Shown: positions 36,306 to 49,759, counted from the whole stretch's first letter. The stretch: 63,973 nt of DNA, filler included, from Pirum gemmata (GCA_002812295.1; 21 parts of 21 records of this genome joined end to end with filler, not necessarily neighbours in it); one strand, 5' to 3'. Numbers and translations: made by a program. Notes: generated from the sequence alone by a model not told the origin.

Positions 36306-38640
36306 AGTAAGTTTAAATTATAAATTAAACTACAGTATGGATGATAATCAAAAATAAAAAAAGATCAACAGATGGTTTTCCTATAAAACAAAAAATGAAG
36401 ATAATAATTAAATTAAATTAAATGACAAAAATGGTAAGTTTAAAATTTAAATTAACTACGATTGCTTTTCTATAAATAATTAAAAAACAGATAGTAATTC
36501 AATTAAGTTAAATGGCAAATATAGTAAGCTTAAAATTTAAATTAAATTACAGTATGGATGATAATAAAAAATTAAAAAAATACAAACAGATGGTTTTCCT
36601 ATAAAACATCAAAAATGGAGATAATAATCAAACCAAATTAAATGACAAATATAGTAAGTTTAAATTATAAATTAAACTACAGTATGGATGATAATCAAAA
36701 ATAAAAAAAGATCAACAAATGGTTTTCCTTTAAAACATAAAAAATACAGATATTAATTAAATTAAATTAAATAACAAAAATACTAAGTTAAAATTTTAAA
36801 TTAAATAAGATTGCTTTTCTATAAAGCATTTAAAAACATATAATAATTAAATTAAATTAAATGGAAAATATAGCAAATTTAAAATTTAAATTAAATTACA
36901 GTATGGATGATAATCAAAAATAAAAAAATATCAACAGATGGTTTTCCTATAAAATACAAAAAATGCAGATAGTAATTAAATTAAATTAAATGACAAAAAT
37001 AGAAGTTTAAAATTTAAATTAAATACGATTGCTTTTCTATGAAGCATTAAAAAGCAGATAATAATTCAATTACATTAAATGGCAAATACAGGAAGCTTAA
37101 AATTTAAATTAAATTACAGGATGGATGATAATAAAAAATAAAAAAATACAACCGGATGGTTTTCCTATAAAATATTAAAAATGAGAAATTAAATCAAATT
37201 TAATGACAAATATAGTAATTTAGAATTTAAATTAAATTACAGTATGGATGATAATCAATAATAAAAAATATGAACAGAAGATTTTCCTTTAAAACATTAA
37301 AAATGCAGATAATAATTAAATTAAATTAAATGACAAAAATATTAAGATTAAAATTTAAATTAAATACGATTGCTTTTCTATAAAGCATTAAAAAACAGAT
37401 AATAATTAAATTAAATTAAATGGCAAATATAGTAATTTTAAATTTTAAATAAATTAAAGTATGGATAATCAAAAATAAAAAAATATCAACAAAAGGTTTT
37501 CCTGTAAAACATTAAAAATGCAAATAATTAAATTAAATTAAATGACAAAAATAGTTAAGTTTAAAATTTAAATTAATTCCATTGCTTTTCTATAAAGCAT
37601 CAAAAAACAGATAATAATTTAATTAAATTAAATGGCAAATAAAGTATATTTAAAATTTAAATTAAATTACAGTATGAATGATAATCAAAAATAAAAAAAT
37701 ATCAACAGAAGGTTTTCCAATAAAACATTAAAAATGCAGATAATAATTAAATTAAATTAAATGATAAAAATAGCTATCTTAAGATTTGAATTAAATACGA
37801 TTTCTTTTCTATAAAGCATTAAAAAGCAGATAATAATGAAATTAAATTAAATGGCAAATATAGTAAGCTTAAAATTTAAATTAAATTACTGTATGGATAA
37901 TAAAAATAATAATAAAATACAAACAGATGGTTTTCCGATAAAAAATTAAAAATGGAGATAATGATTAAGCTAAATTGAATGACAAATATAGAAGTTTAAA
38001 GCTTAAATTAAATTACAGTATGGATGATAATAAAAATAAAAAAATACCAACAGATGGTTTTCCTATAAAAAATTAAAACACGTGTAATAATTAAATTAAA
38101 TTAAATGACAAAAATAGTAAGTTTAAAATTTAAATTAAGTTAGTTAAGAGTATGGCTGGATTTCAAAAATAAAAGATATTCCAAATAAAAGTAACAATGA
38201 TAAATAATAATGAAATTAAAATTAAATGACAAAAATAGTAAGTTTAAAATCTAAATTAAATTACAATATGGATGGCAATCAAAAATAAAAAATACCCATA
38301 AAAACGGAGATAATAATTAAATTAAATTAAGCGACATAAGAAGTTTAAATTTTAAATTAAGTTAGCGTATGGTTGGTTTTTAAAAATAAAAGATATTCGT
38401 GATAAAAGTAACACAATTATAACAGATAATAAATAAATTAAAATTAAATGACAAAAATAGTAAGTTTAAAATCTAAATTTAACTACAGTATGGATGGTAA
38501 TCAAAAATAAAAAATATCAATAAAAAAGGAGATAATAATTAAATTAAATTAAATGACAAACATGGTAAGTTTAAATTTTAAATTAAGTTAGAGTATGGTT
38601 GGCTTTTAAAAATAGAAGATATTCGTAATAAAAGTAGCAG
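36306..38640 (+). repeat. AT-rich satellite built from related ~130-bp and ~90-bp monomers
   Basis: Shared core aattaaattaaatgacaaaaatagtaagtttaaaatttaaattaaat followed by either acagtatggatgataat...ggttttcctataaa or acgattgcttttctataaagc. Confidence 0.9.
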
Positions 38641-38954
38641 TTATAATAATAGTAACAATAGTAACCATAGCATTACCTGTGACGCTTTAAGGGCAATCTC
38701 GTGAGATAACCCATATAAGAAAACAAATTCACACGTTTTCAAAATAATCGTTATCATATTTTGATTTAAAGGAAGCTGTATATTAATAAATAATAATAAT
38801 AATATAGTAAATAATAATAATTTAATAAATAATAATAATTTAGTAAATAATAATAATTTAATAATTTAATAATAATTTAATAAATAAAGATAATAAAACA
38901 ACAATAATAATAATAATAATAACAATAATAATAATGATAATAATAATGATGATA

Positions 38955-39013
<59 letters not shown>

Positions 39014-39225
39014 GAAAATAATAATAACAAATAATAATAATTTAGTAAATATTAATTTAATAAATATTAATTTAATAAATAATAATAATTTAATAAGTAA
39101 TAATAATTTAACAAATAATAACAATAATAATAAAACAACCCTTACCCTAACCCTAACCCTAACCCTAACCCTAACCCTAACCCTAACCCTAACCCTAACC
39201 CTAACCCTAACCCTAACCCTAACCN

Positions 39226-39261
<36 letters not shown>

Positions 39262-39262
39262 T

Positions 39263-39332
<70 letters not shown>

Positions 39333-39490
39333 GCTACTATTACTACTACTAATTCTACTATTACTACTACTACTACTACTATTACTACTGCTAATACTAT
39401 TACTACCAATACTACTACTACTAATACTACTACTACTACTACCACTACTACCACTGCTACTATTACTACTACTAATTCTACTACTAATAA

Positions 39491-39559
<69 letters not shown>

Positions 39560-39665
39560 CTCATGAAAATAAAAGCAAAATAGAAGAAGAAAAAATATAG
39601 ATAATACTAAAGAAAACAATATTACAGGTAATAACAATATAAATAATAACAGTGATAATACTTAC

Positions 39666-39973
39666 AAAAACTCAAGGGCTGTCATTTTATCAAAAATGCC
39701 TTTTGCCAATCCCGGTAGCCGATTTCCTACAAAGTGTCTATAAGTTTTTTGTGATAATAGTATTAGTAATGACAGTCATAGTAATCGGGGGGATACAGTA
39801 CTAGTATTAATAAGAGTAGCAGTAGATTGTCTTGGTGGTAATGCTAGTAGTCAAAGTAAAAGAATTTATTAAAAGCAATGAGTAATGGAAACAGTATATG
39901 TCAGCAATTATGACGATATAAGTAGTTTAAGTGATCACGCGTAGTGTTAGATTAATCATGACCATATTATATT

Positions 39974-40034
<61 letters not shown>

Positions 40035-40124
40035 NNNNNNNNNNNNNNNNNNNNNNNNNNNNNNNNNNNNNNNNNNNNNNNNNNNNNNNNNNNNNNNNNN
40101 NNNNNNNNNNNNNNNNNNNNNNNN

Positions 40125-40164
<40 letters not shown>

Positions 40165-40300
40165 TGTGTGTGTATGTGTGTGTGTTATAGTATATATATT
40201 AAAAAAAATATAAGTTTGTGTGACTTACATTCTCGTTAAAGCAGTAAGTGCATCAAAAGAACCATTTTCTACTTCTGTCAATTTATTATTGTGAAAAGTC
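39666..40300 (-). CDS. Leucine-rich-repeat protein; two 72-bp phase-2 exons (40300-40229 and 39737-39666)
   Basis: TFHNNKLTEVENGSFDALTALTRI and HFVGNRLPGLAKGIFDKMTALEFL, typical 24-aa LRRs, each bounded by ag| and |gtaag. Confidence 0.88.
39985..40185 (+). repeat. (GT)n microsatellite with gap, inside LRR intron
   Basis: Direct inspection. Confidence 0.95.
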
Positions 40301-41084
40301 CTTTAAGAATTTTATTATTACGATTAATAATAGTTTAAATGGACAAATAAATAAATAAATATGATACACAAATATAACATTAGGATTAATAATAATAATA
40401 ATTANNNNNNNNNNNNNNNNNNNNNNNNNNNNNNNNNNNNNNNNNNNNTTAATTAATTAANNNNNNNNNNNNNNNNNNNNNNNNNNNNNNNNNNNNNNNN
40501 NNNNTAATAATAATAATAATAATAATAATAACTCTCTTCATTTCGATTAGAAAGGAAAGACAAAAATAGAAATCAGATGTATATACTAATAATGTTTACT
40601 ACCGCAAAAGGAACTTATTTAAAGTACTTTTTAATCAAATAATTTGAAGACAATTTTTTCAGGTAAGAAATTAAGGAAGAAAAATATATAAACTTACTTA
40701 AAAAGGAGAGTGGCAATATCAATATCATGTCCGCATACAAAAACTGTAAATTCGTTATTGTAGAAGAGAAAAAATAGAATAATAAAATCAATTTAAAAAA
40801 ATAGAAAATGAAGGTGTAGGAAAATATAACTACTTTTTTAATACAAAACTGTTTCTTTCAAAAATTACATACATTAAATTTAAATCATGAATAATAATAA
40901 TAATGATACCTGCATATCCCCAAGATTAGAATTAATCCAATAGAGAATAAGGATAGAAGCAAATTGAATAAAACTATACAGGGCCATATACTTAAATACA
41001 GCGAAAGATGTCATTAAAGCAGCACGCCCTTCCCTATAGACAACAAAAGAAAAGGGTAAAAAAACATGCTTAATAATACTTAGC

Positions 41085-41370
41085 TAGGGTTTTTTTTACC
41101 GGTGTCAAATTTATTGGTCAAGTTTTTTTCTTAGTTCTTTAAAATAATAACTTTTAGGTTTTTTTTTTTACCGGTGTCAAATTTCTTGGTCATGTTTTTT
41201 TTTAGTTCTTTAAAATAATAAATTTTAGGGGGTTTTTTTTTACCGGTCTCAAATTTATTTTATTGGTCAAATTTTTTTCTTAGTTCTTTAAAATAATAAA
41301 TTCTAGGTTTTTTTTACCAGTGTCAAATTTTTTAGTCAAGTTTTTTTCTTAGTTCTTTAAAATAATAAAT
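41085..41370 (+). repeat. ~70-bp tandem repeat x4 in ATPase intron
   Basis: ggttttttttaccggtgtcaaattt...ggtcaagtttttttcttagttctttaaaataataa repeated. Confidence 0.85.
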
Positions 41371-41419
41371 CTATATATGTATAGGAAAATCTCAATGTAA
41401 TAATAAAAAAAGTAAAAAC

Positions 41420-43343
41420 CTTATAAGTTTAGGTATGCATTTTATATTGGGTGTGCGACTAGTGAATGGTGCAGCGACGGATGCCTCAGCTTCTGACAAT
41501 GAGATTCCAACCTTTGTAAAAAACAAACAAACAAACAAACAAACAAGGGTAGAGGCGAACAGGGGTTAAGGTCAAGTTCAGTGTTAGTAGTGGTTACAGA
41601 AATTATAACTTTTTGCAATTTTGCCTCTCGGATTTCTTGTAGAAATGGGCCGCCGATTTTCTAAATTTAGAAGTAAAGTGATAAAATAGAGAGGTTTCAA
41701 ACTTATTTCCAAGGTAACACTACTTCATTTGGAAATTTGTTTACATTAAATTAATACCAACCACGATTACAGGTTAAGATTATGGGCATGGGGTGAGTGT
41801 TAGTGTTGAGTGGGGTTGAAAAGAGTATTCCCGTAACTTTAAAAGATACAACAGTCTACTAAAACTACTGATATGATTAAGATTGCGGGCGATCAGAATC
41901 AAACAATTACAGTTGATATCGTTTACATTTACAGTTAAGAGGAAGATATCATTGGGGTGGTAGTGGGCTGGGCTAAGGGGTCAACTGAGATAAAATTAAT
42001 AAATTCTTACATTTGCAGCCTTTAACGCTCCACAATCGTTAGCACCATCACCACACATTCCAACAGTCCAGTCTAATTCTTCAAGATGTGACACCAATGC
42101 AGTTTTTTGATCTGGAGACATACGAGCATAAATTGCACACATTCCTAATATCTAAGGAAAGTGAGCAAAGTAACGATATAATCAGTTATCAAACCGAGGA
42201 AGCACCAATAACAATCTGAGCAAAATTGGTAACTGCTAATTGCTAACTGTTAGCTGCTAACTGCTTAATGCTAACTACTCAATATTAAATGAAAAATGAT
42301 TAAATGATTTATATAAATACTACATGCTACATGCTAAATAAAAAAGAACGAAAGAAAACAGAAATGTTAAGTAATAAATACCAATTATAAATTATAATAG
42401 GTAAAATGGGATAATATATCAAAAAATAAAATAAAATTAATGATTAACGATAAACGATAAATAAGCAATCATTCAGTAATAAAGTTATAAACGCTAAATG
42501 GTCAAATAGTATTTATAACATTTTTTAGCGATTATAACTATTATTTTAACTACTTCATATTTACGAGTGTACATACACTAACTAACCTCTTTTAACATTA
42601 TCTCATCCTTGGTGATAAAGTCAAATGATCGACCGTTCACGGCCAATTTGTAAGCCATATTAACTGGAACAGGATGGGCTGAATTCCTAGAACAAGGCTG
42701 AAAATAGTGTTTGATATAAAAGAAAGTTTTAACATTGTAGCATAATTAATGACATCAGGTATTGTCCCACATTAAGGTGAAGTGCTTCACAAAACTTAAT
42801 TTCTGATGTCAGCAAAATGCTTTTTTTGACATAATCACATAGTTTGGAATATTAGAATTGTTACACCCACCCCAAGTAACACGAACAAGAAAAAATGAAG
42901 TAGTGAATGGTTTAGAAAAAGTGACTGATTAAAATAAAATAAAAGAAGAGTATGTTAAACTTGGTAAAGAATACAACAAGTTAAAAAGCAAGGTTGAAGA
43001 TGACAGAAAAAATATAAAAGTAATTTGTAAGAATATACAGAAAAATACTGAAGACTCCCTAGTTGCTTATACCTAAGCTCTCCGTGTGCAAAAAGATCTC
43101 GAAAACAAATTACAAATAGTAGACGAAACAGTTAACAATTAATATAGTGGTAAAGTTTAAAGGAAGAGTAACGATAATGACAGTGCTCGGTGAGCAAGCA
43201 GTATTAATAACACAGACGTAATTGCAGTAGATGAGGCAAAATATTCAAATGGACATACACACTTACTTTTAGGTTGGTATCGAGGTACCAATCCCGGTGG
43301 TTAGCTTCACACCAATTTACGGTCAGACCTTCTTTAGAAAGCT
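41420..43343 (-). CDS. P5B-type ATPase (ATP13A2/3, Ypk9 family), partial; exons 43343-43267, 42697-42587, 42151-42011, 41511-41420
   Basis: [14 protein letters not shown]...[36 protein letters not shown]; phases compatible; too fragmented to appear in the ORF track. Confidence 0.95.
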
Positions 43344-43475
43344 CTGTAACAAAAAAAAAAAAAAAAAAAAAAAAANNNNNNNNNNNNNNNNNNNNNNNNN
43401 NNNNNNNNNNNNNNNNNNNTTAATTAATTAANNNNNNNNNNNNNNNNNNNNNNNNNNNNNNNNNNNNNNNNNNNN

Positions 43476-43507
<32 letters not shown>

Positions 43508-43776
43508 CGATATTATCATAATATTTTTTAATAATATTATGATATCATTACTAATTTATAATTTACTAAAAAAAAAAAAGTATATAAACAAAAGAATACA
43601 ACAAGGTTAAAATGAAATATGAATAATAACAATAAAATAACTAATTATAAGGAAAACTATAAAAGACTCTATAAGTAATATTATATATAATAATAATAAT
43701 AAAAATATATTAATCAATATTATTAAAAAAATAGAACCAAACACAATATTAATATTTAATTGCAAATGGAATAACT

Positions 43777-44379
43777 ATGCAAGGTTATTTGAAAGTCTTC
43801 TTCTCGTTATACTTCATTTCTCAGGTATCAACTAAAAGTACAACAAAATTTAATGTAGACATGATAGTTAACAACACTGATTTAGATGTAAATTTAAAGT
43901 TATCGAAATCTGATGAGAACATGAAACAAATTACAAACTCACCAATCAAACAAGTCATTGACAAACCAACTATAAATAACACTACTACTATACCTTCAAA
44001 TCTTGAAGTTCTTAGGGAACGCAGAGGAACTAATCTTTGTTTTTCACGTAGAATTACATTTCATCCATATACCGTAGGAATAAACTGGGATTCCCATTAC
44101 AAAATCAACACCACAATTTTTCTTAAACAAGAATCATCAGGCCTATTTGGAATTGGGCCAAAGCGTAATCATTATTATTTTTATTGGAAATGTGGAAAAG
44201 CACATGAAGAAACTGACATTTCGAGTTCTGTTCGAAATTTAGGCTCTATTGATGCAAAAAAAGTTAAAAACCAAGACATTATGGTAGAACTTGAAATTTT
44301 TAATACAGTTGAAAGTAGATTTTCTCTTGTAGAGACTGATAATTGGACTTTTAATGCTTTGAGATTAATACCCGAATAG
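43777..44379 (+). CDS. Hypothetical secreted protein, 200 aa, intronless
   Basis: Signal-peptide-like N-terminus, T/N-rich spacer, RERR site, compact C-terminal domain with two Cys. Confidence 0.7.
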   Translation: MQGYLKVFFSLYFISQVSTKSTTKFNVDMIVNNTDLDVNLKLSKSDENMKQITNSPIKQVIDKPTINNTTTIPSNLEVLRERRGTNLCFSRRITFHPYTVGINWDSHYKINTTIFLKQESSGLFGIGPKRNHYYFYWKCGKAHEETDISSSVRNLGSIDAKKVKNQDIMVELEIFNTVESRFSLVETDNWTFNALRLIPE

Positions 44380-44464
44380 AAACTTTTGATTTTTTAATTA
44401 AGAAGGTTTTTTTTTATTTATTCATTCATATTTCAATAAAGGATATCGATGCATTATGAGCAAA

Positions 44465-44920
44465 ATAACCCCTACCCCCAACCCTAACCCCTACCCCCAA
44501 CCCTAACGCCTAACCCTAACCCTAAACCTAACCCTAAACCTAACCCTAAACCTGACCCTAACCAGAACCTTTGCCCATCCCTACCCTTAACCCTTAACCC
44601 TAATCCTAACCCTAATCCTAACCCTAACCCTAATCCTAACCCTAACCCTAACCTTAACTTTAACCTTAATCTTAACCTTAATATTTTATAACCCTGACCC
44701 TAACCTTAAACCTAACCTATCAATTAGTAATAAAATAGCAATAATTATTACGTTGAAGAGTGTGGAAGGCTAAACTTAAACATCCCTAACATTTTCTAAC
44801 ACTCCCTAACCGAACTTTAAACCGCAACTATATAACCCTAACCCTAACCCTAACCTTAACCTACCCCTACCCCTCTAACTGTAAACCTAGTCTAATAGTG
44901 CCTACCCCTACTTAACCCTA
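44465..44920 (+). repeat. Interstitial degenerate (CCCTAA)n arrays
   Basis: Direct inspection. Confidence 0.85.
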
Positions 44921-45449
44921 TATATATACGTTTATTGCGCATTAAGTGCCTATATATATTATATATATTACAGTACTAGTCCACATATATAATATATCAT
45001 ATCATAATAGTTTTCTAAATCTTTATTAGTATTAATGGCGAAAATAACTGTTTTTTTACTATAATTATATATATTAATATATTGTAATATTAAATATATA
45101 AATTAATTAATATAATTATATTTATACATATAATTATATATATATTATGTATAATATATAATTACTTGCAGTTAAATTAGCCTAAATTAGCTATATATAT
45201 AATAATATTTATTTATTATAAATAACTAAAAGTATTCTTCTGTAAGAAAATCATTAAATGGAATGCTGTAAAGGATATCATATTCTTGTAGCTGTTGCTA
45301 TACTAAGCTTTTCAGTTCACACATTATGGGTTTAAAATCACGTATACGTGTTGTTTTTGTATATTTTTGTATATTTTTATATTTGTTGTTATCATATCAA
45401 ACATTGATGTTCACTGCATGACTAAGTTGTTTTTAAAAAAAGTAAAACT

Positions 45450-45486
<37 letters not shown>

Positions 45487-45502
45487 TTTTTTTTTTTTTT
45501 TT

Positions 45503-45550
<48 letters not shown>

Positions 45551-45577
45551 AATAAGGTATCTTTATACAATATATAT

Positions 45578-46203
45578 GCCTCTACTAAGCCTCTAGTAGG
45601 CCTCTAGTAATCCTCTAGTAATCCTCTAGTAATCCTCTAGTAAGCCTCTAGTAAGCCTCTAGTAAACCTCTAGTAAACCTCTAGTAAACCTCTAGTAAGC
45701 CTCTAGTAGTAAGCCTCTAGTAAGCCTTTAGCCTTTAGTAAGCCTCTAGTCAGCCTTTAGTAAACCTCCAGTAAGCCTCTAGTAAGCCTCTAGTAAGCCT
45801 TCAGTAGCCTCTAGTAAGCCTCTAGTTAGCCTCTAGTAAGCCTTTAGCAAGCCTCTAGTAAGCCTTTAGTAAGCCTCTAGCAAGCCTCTAGTAAGCCTTT
45901 AGTAAGCCTCTGGTAGTAATCTAGACTCTAGTGCACTCTACTTAGACTCTAGTAAGCCTCTAGTAGTAAGTCTCTGGTAGTAATCTAGACTCTAGTGTAC
46001 TTTAGTAACCTCTAGTAACCTCTGTGCCTCTATTAAGTGTTAAAGCTGGATACTAGCTAGTGTTAATTAAAGCTGAATACTAGCTAGCTAGTGTTATTAA
46101 AGCTGAATACTAGCTAGTGTTTTAAAGCTGAATACTAGCGTTAAAGCTGAATACTAGCGTTAAAGCTGAATACTAGCTAGTGTTTTAATTAAAGCTGAAT
46201 ACT
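45578..46203 (+). repeat. 11-bp array (aagcctctagt)n followed by ~19-27-bp array (taaagctgaatactagc...)n
   Basis: Direct inspection. Confidence 0.9.
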
Positions 46204-46879
46204 CCCCTAAAAATGATGATGAGGATGATAATGATTATCATAATAATGATGATGATATTATAATGATGATGATGATGATGATGATGATGATNNNNNNNNN
46301 NNNNNNNNNNNNNNNNNNNNNNNNNNNNNNNNNNNTTAATTAATTAANNNNNNNNNNNNNNNNNNNNNNNNNNNNNNNNNNNNNNNNNNNNAAATGCTCA
46401 CCTACAGAATTTTTTTAAAAAAAAAAAAATGTAATAAAGAAAAATAAAAGAAAAGGGAAAAGAACGTTAAAATTATTGAGTTATAATCTATTGAATAATA
46501 ATATTTTTTTTAATAAATAATATATTTATTGAGTAATATCGTATAAATTTTAAGTAATAATTATTTAGTAATAATTTTTAAGTAGTAAAATTTCTTAGTT
46601 ATTAATTATTACAAGAAAAGTGTATAAATAGCGAGTAAACTAAAAAAAATCCCCCAAACAACAAACCAAATCAAACAAATTTTCATAACTTTTTTCTTTA
46701 CAGTAATAATAATAGTGTCTACATATATTTAAAATAATTATTACGAGAAAAGTGTATAAATAGCGAGTTAACTAACCCCCCCCCCACATAACAGTAGTAA
46801 TATAACATATAACAATCAGTTATTATAATAATAATAAGTATTTATGTTTTAGTTATACATAATTTAAAATAAAATAGTA

Positions 46880-47896
46880 ATGTTGTGTGTAGATACAGAA
46901 ATAGAGAATAAGAAATCCTCTCCCCCCATTTCACCCCGTCATACATTTGGTTTTTTTGAAGGTTTCGACAATATGAAAAACAAAGATATAGATGGTAATA
47001 CCAACAATATTAACACAGTTAACAAAATATTCAACAATGAAGAATGCTCTAGAAATAATCACAATAACAATAATAATATAAAGGAGGAGGACAATAAAGG
47101 GGAAGTATTTATTCAAAAACAACAATTAAAAGAATTCGAAATAAAACAAGCACAGATAAGTTGCGACAAAGAAATTGCCTTAAAAATATTCAAAGAAGAA
47201 CAAAAACAAATCGAAATTGAACAAAAACAAATATGTGAGGATGAATTGTTAGCTAAAGCTATTCAAGATAGTAGTTCTGCCGAAGACGAAGAGTTCGTTT
47301 TTGTAGAAGACAAAGAAGAAATTCCAAATACAGAAGAAAAAGAACCAGAACAAAATAATAATAATAATAATAATACTACCACCACCACCACCACTACTAC
47401 TACTTCACCAATTTCTGGTTCTTCTTCGCCTTGTTTTTTAGCCTTTTCCTCCTTGTGTATAAGTCAACATTTATCAAATTTTTTAAAAAGGTGCGAGACG
47501 AAAACTGGTTTAGTAGAATATGCTACCACTAATGTTAAAAATATATCAATTTTGCCTGGAAATAATTGTTGTGAAAATAACGATAAAGAAGATAAATTAG
47601 AAGAGAAAAAACTTTCTTCACCTTCTCTAAAAACAACCCCAACAATAGAAAATAATAGTAGAAATGGTAATGATTTTGAATATGTGTTTGTTAAAGAAAA
47701 CGAAAAAAAAAGTGCTGAAACCTTACCACCAAAAGTACAACAACTTAAAACACATAATAATTTTTTACAAGTTAGTCATGAACAACAGTATTTACAAAAA
47801 CATAGACAGGTTGAACAATTAGGTCAACCACCAGCCCTTATGTCGTTTAATATAGGAAAAAGCAGCCTTTATAACAAACGATGTAAAAAAAATTAA
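46880..47896 (+). CDS. Hypothetical disordered protein with UIM/MIU-like and LIR-like motifs (may be a terminal exon from acceptor at ~46893)
   Basis: 338-codon ORF in very AT-rich DNA; DKEIALKIFKEEQ, EDELLAKAIQDS, EEFVFV, DFEYVFV. Confidence 0.6.
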   Translation: MLCVDTEIENKKSSPPISPRHTFGFFEGFDNMKNKDIDGNTNNINTVNKIFNNEECSRNNHNNNNNIKEEDNKGEVFIQKQQLKEFEIKQAQISCDKEIALKIFKEEQKQIEIEQKQICEDELLAKAIQDSSSAEDEEFVFVEDKEEIPNTEEKEPEQNNNNNNNTTTTTTTTTTSPISGSSSPCFLAFSSLCISQHLSNFLKRCETKTGLVEYATTNVKNISILPGNNCCENNDKEDKLEEKKLSSPSLKTTPTIENNSRNGNDFEYVFVKENEKKSAETLPPKVQQLKTHNNFLQVSHEQQYLQKHRQVEQLGQPPALMSFNIGKSSLYNKRCKKN

Positions 47897-48164
47897 TAGT
47901 GGAACTGAAAATTATTTTTATTTTTATTTTCAGATTATTGTATATATGTTTTTTTTTTTTGTTTTTAATTTTTTTAAGTTTTTATACTTTTTTTTTTTAG
48001 TTTAGTTTTTTTTTTTTTTTGTTTTTTTGTTATTTATAAAACAAAAAAAAAAACCAAAAAATAAACTGTCGAATAAATTTTATTTCGTTTTATGGAATAA
48101 CTAGTTTTTAGTTAACTTGTTATTATGTGATTTTTAGTATTATTAATATTATTAGCATCATTAG

Positions 48165-48199
<35 letters not shown>

Positions 48200-49158
48200 T
48201 TATTAAATTATTAATATTAATATTTATTGTTAATATTAAAAATTTATAATCGTACCAAATTATTCTTATTGTAAAACTATTAAAATTTTTTTGTTATATT
48301 TAATTTTAAATTTTATAAACAGGTTGTTATACACTTAAACAATACCAAAATAAAGATTGAAAGAACAGCTAATGAAACGGACGTATTATTATTATTATTA
48401 TTTTTTTTGCTAATAATTTTTATTGTATATTAAAATTATTATTGTATATTATTTATTAATTGTTTAAGATCAACTTATTTGTGTGTTAATATTTTTCATT
48501 TGTATGTTATTTAGCCAATATTATTTATTTTTAATTTTATTTATTTTAAATAAAGCTGTTCATTAAATTGATTATTATAAAAATTATTAGCAAAAAAAAT
48601 AATAATAATATTAAATAACAAATAGCAACTAACAAATAGCAAACTAACAAATAATTAATCATAAATAATAAACAAACGATACAAAGTAAAACTTAATAAA
48701 AAATAAAACTTATTAATTAATAATCAATAAATAGAAGGTATTATGTTAATAAAAATGCTATTAGTACTAAATAGAATATAATAGAATATAGAAAATAAAA
48801 ATTTAATGAACAAATTAACAAATAAGTATTATGTAATAAAATGCTATTATTACTAAGTACAATAGAATACAATATAAATAATAACAATGTAATGAACAAA
48901 TTTATTTAATAAAATTAAAATTCAATTGATATTGCTAAATTACACATAAATGAAAAAATACCAAAACAGAAAATAGTTCACCTTTAACAATAAATAAATA
49001 ATACACAATAAAAATTATTAGCAAATAATGAAAATAATTAATAAATAAATAGCAAATATAGATAAATGATAAACGACATGATTGCTAAATATAATGGTGT
49101 AATAAAATACATCTTTCACAAACAAAATAAAACAAAAATAAGAAGGTACAAAACTATT

Positions 49159-49164
49159 ACCCTA

Positions 49165-49216
<52 letters not shown>

Positions 49217-49261
49217 ACCTAAACCCTAAACCCTAACCCTAAACCTAACCCTAACCTTAAT
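49159..49261 (+). repeat. Mixed CCCTAA/CCCTAAA telomere-like array at contig end
   Basis: Direct inspection. Confidence 0.85.
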
Positions 49262-49448
49262 NNNNNNNNNNNNNNNNNNNNNNNNNNNNNNNNNNNNNNN
49301 NNNNNTTAATTAATTAANNNNNNNNNNNNNNNNNNNNNNNNNNNNNNNNNNNNNNNNNNNNGCTACCGGAGGGACACCCCGCTATACATTGGAGGTACTT
49401 AACTGAGAACGATGTGCGAAAACTACATAAATAAAAAAAAAATATATA

Positions 49449-49513
<65 letters not shown>

Positions 49514-49759
49514 TTACAGTTATATTATATGCAATTTGCTGATTTGTTTCATAATACTTTAGTATAATAATTATATAAGTTAATGATTTGATTGTCAATT
49601 GGTTTTGACTTGTTGTACTTTTCATAATGACACCATAATATATAGTCTATGATGAGCAATTATATTGTTCTTTTGTTGTAGAAATATTGCAATTGGTTTG
49701 TAAACTTTGTTCCTAGCTAGTATTATAAAACGTTGTAGACGTTGTTGTGGATATTGTTG

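Noticed and set aside
36306..38640. CRISPR-like repeat/spacer pattern
   Set aside because: The intervening segments are themselves a few repeated types, so it is a satellite
38677..38775. Third LRR exon (LPLNQNMITII...)
   Set aside because: 99 bp and open in phase 0, incompatible with the phase-2 LRR exons; separated from them by a single-N join at ~39225
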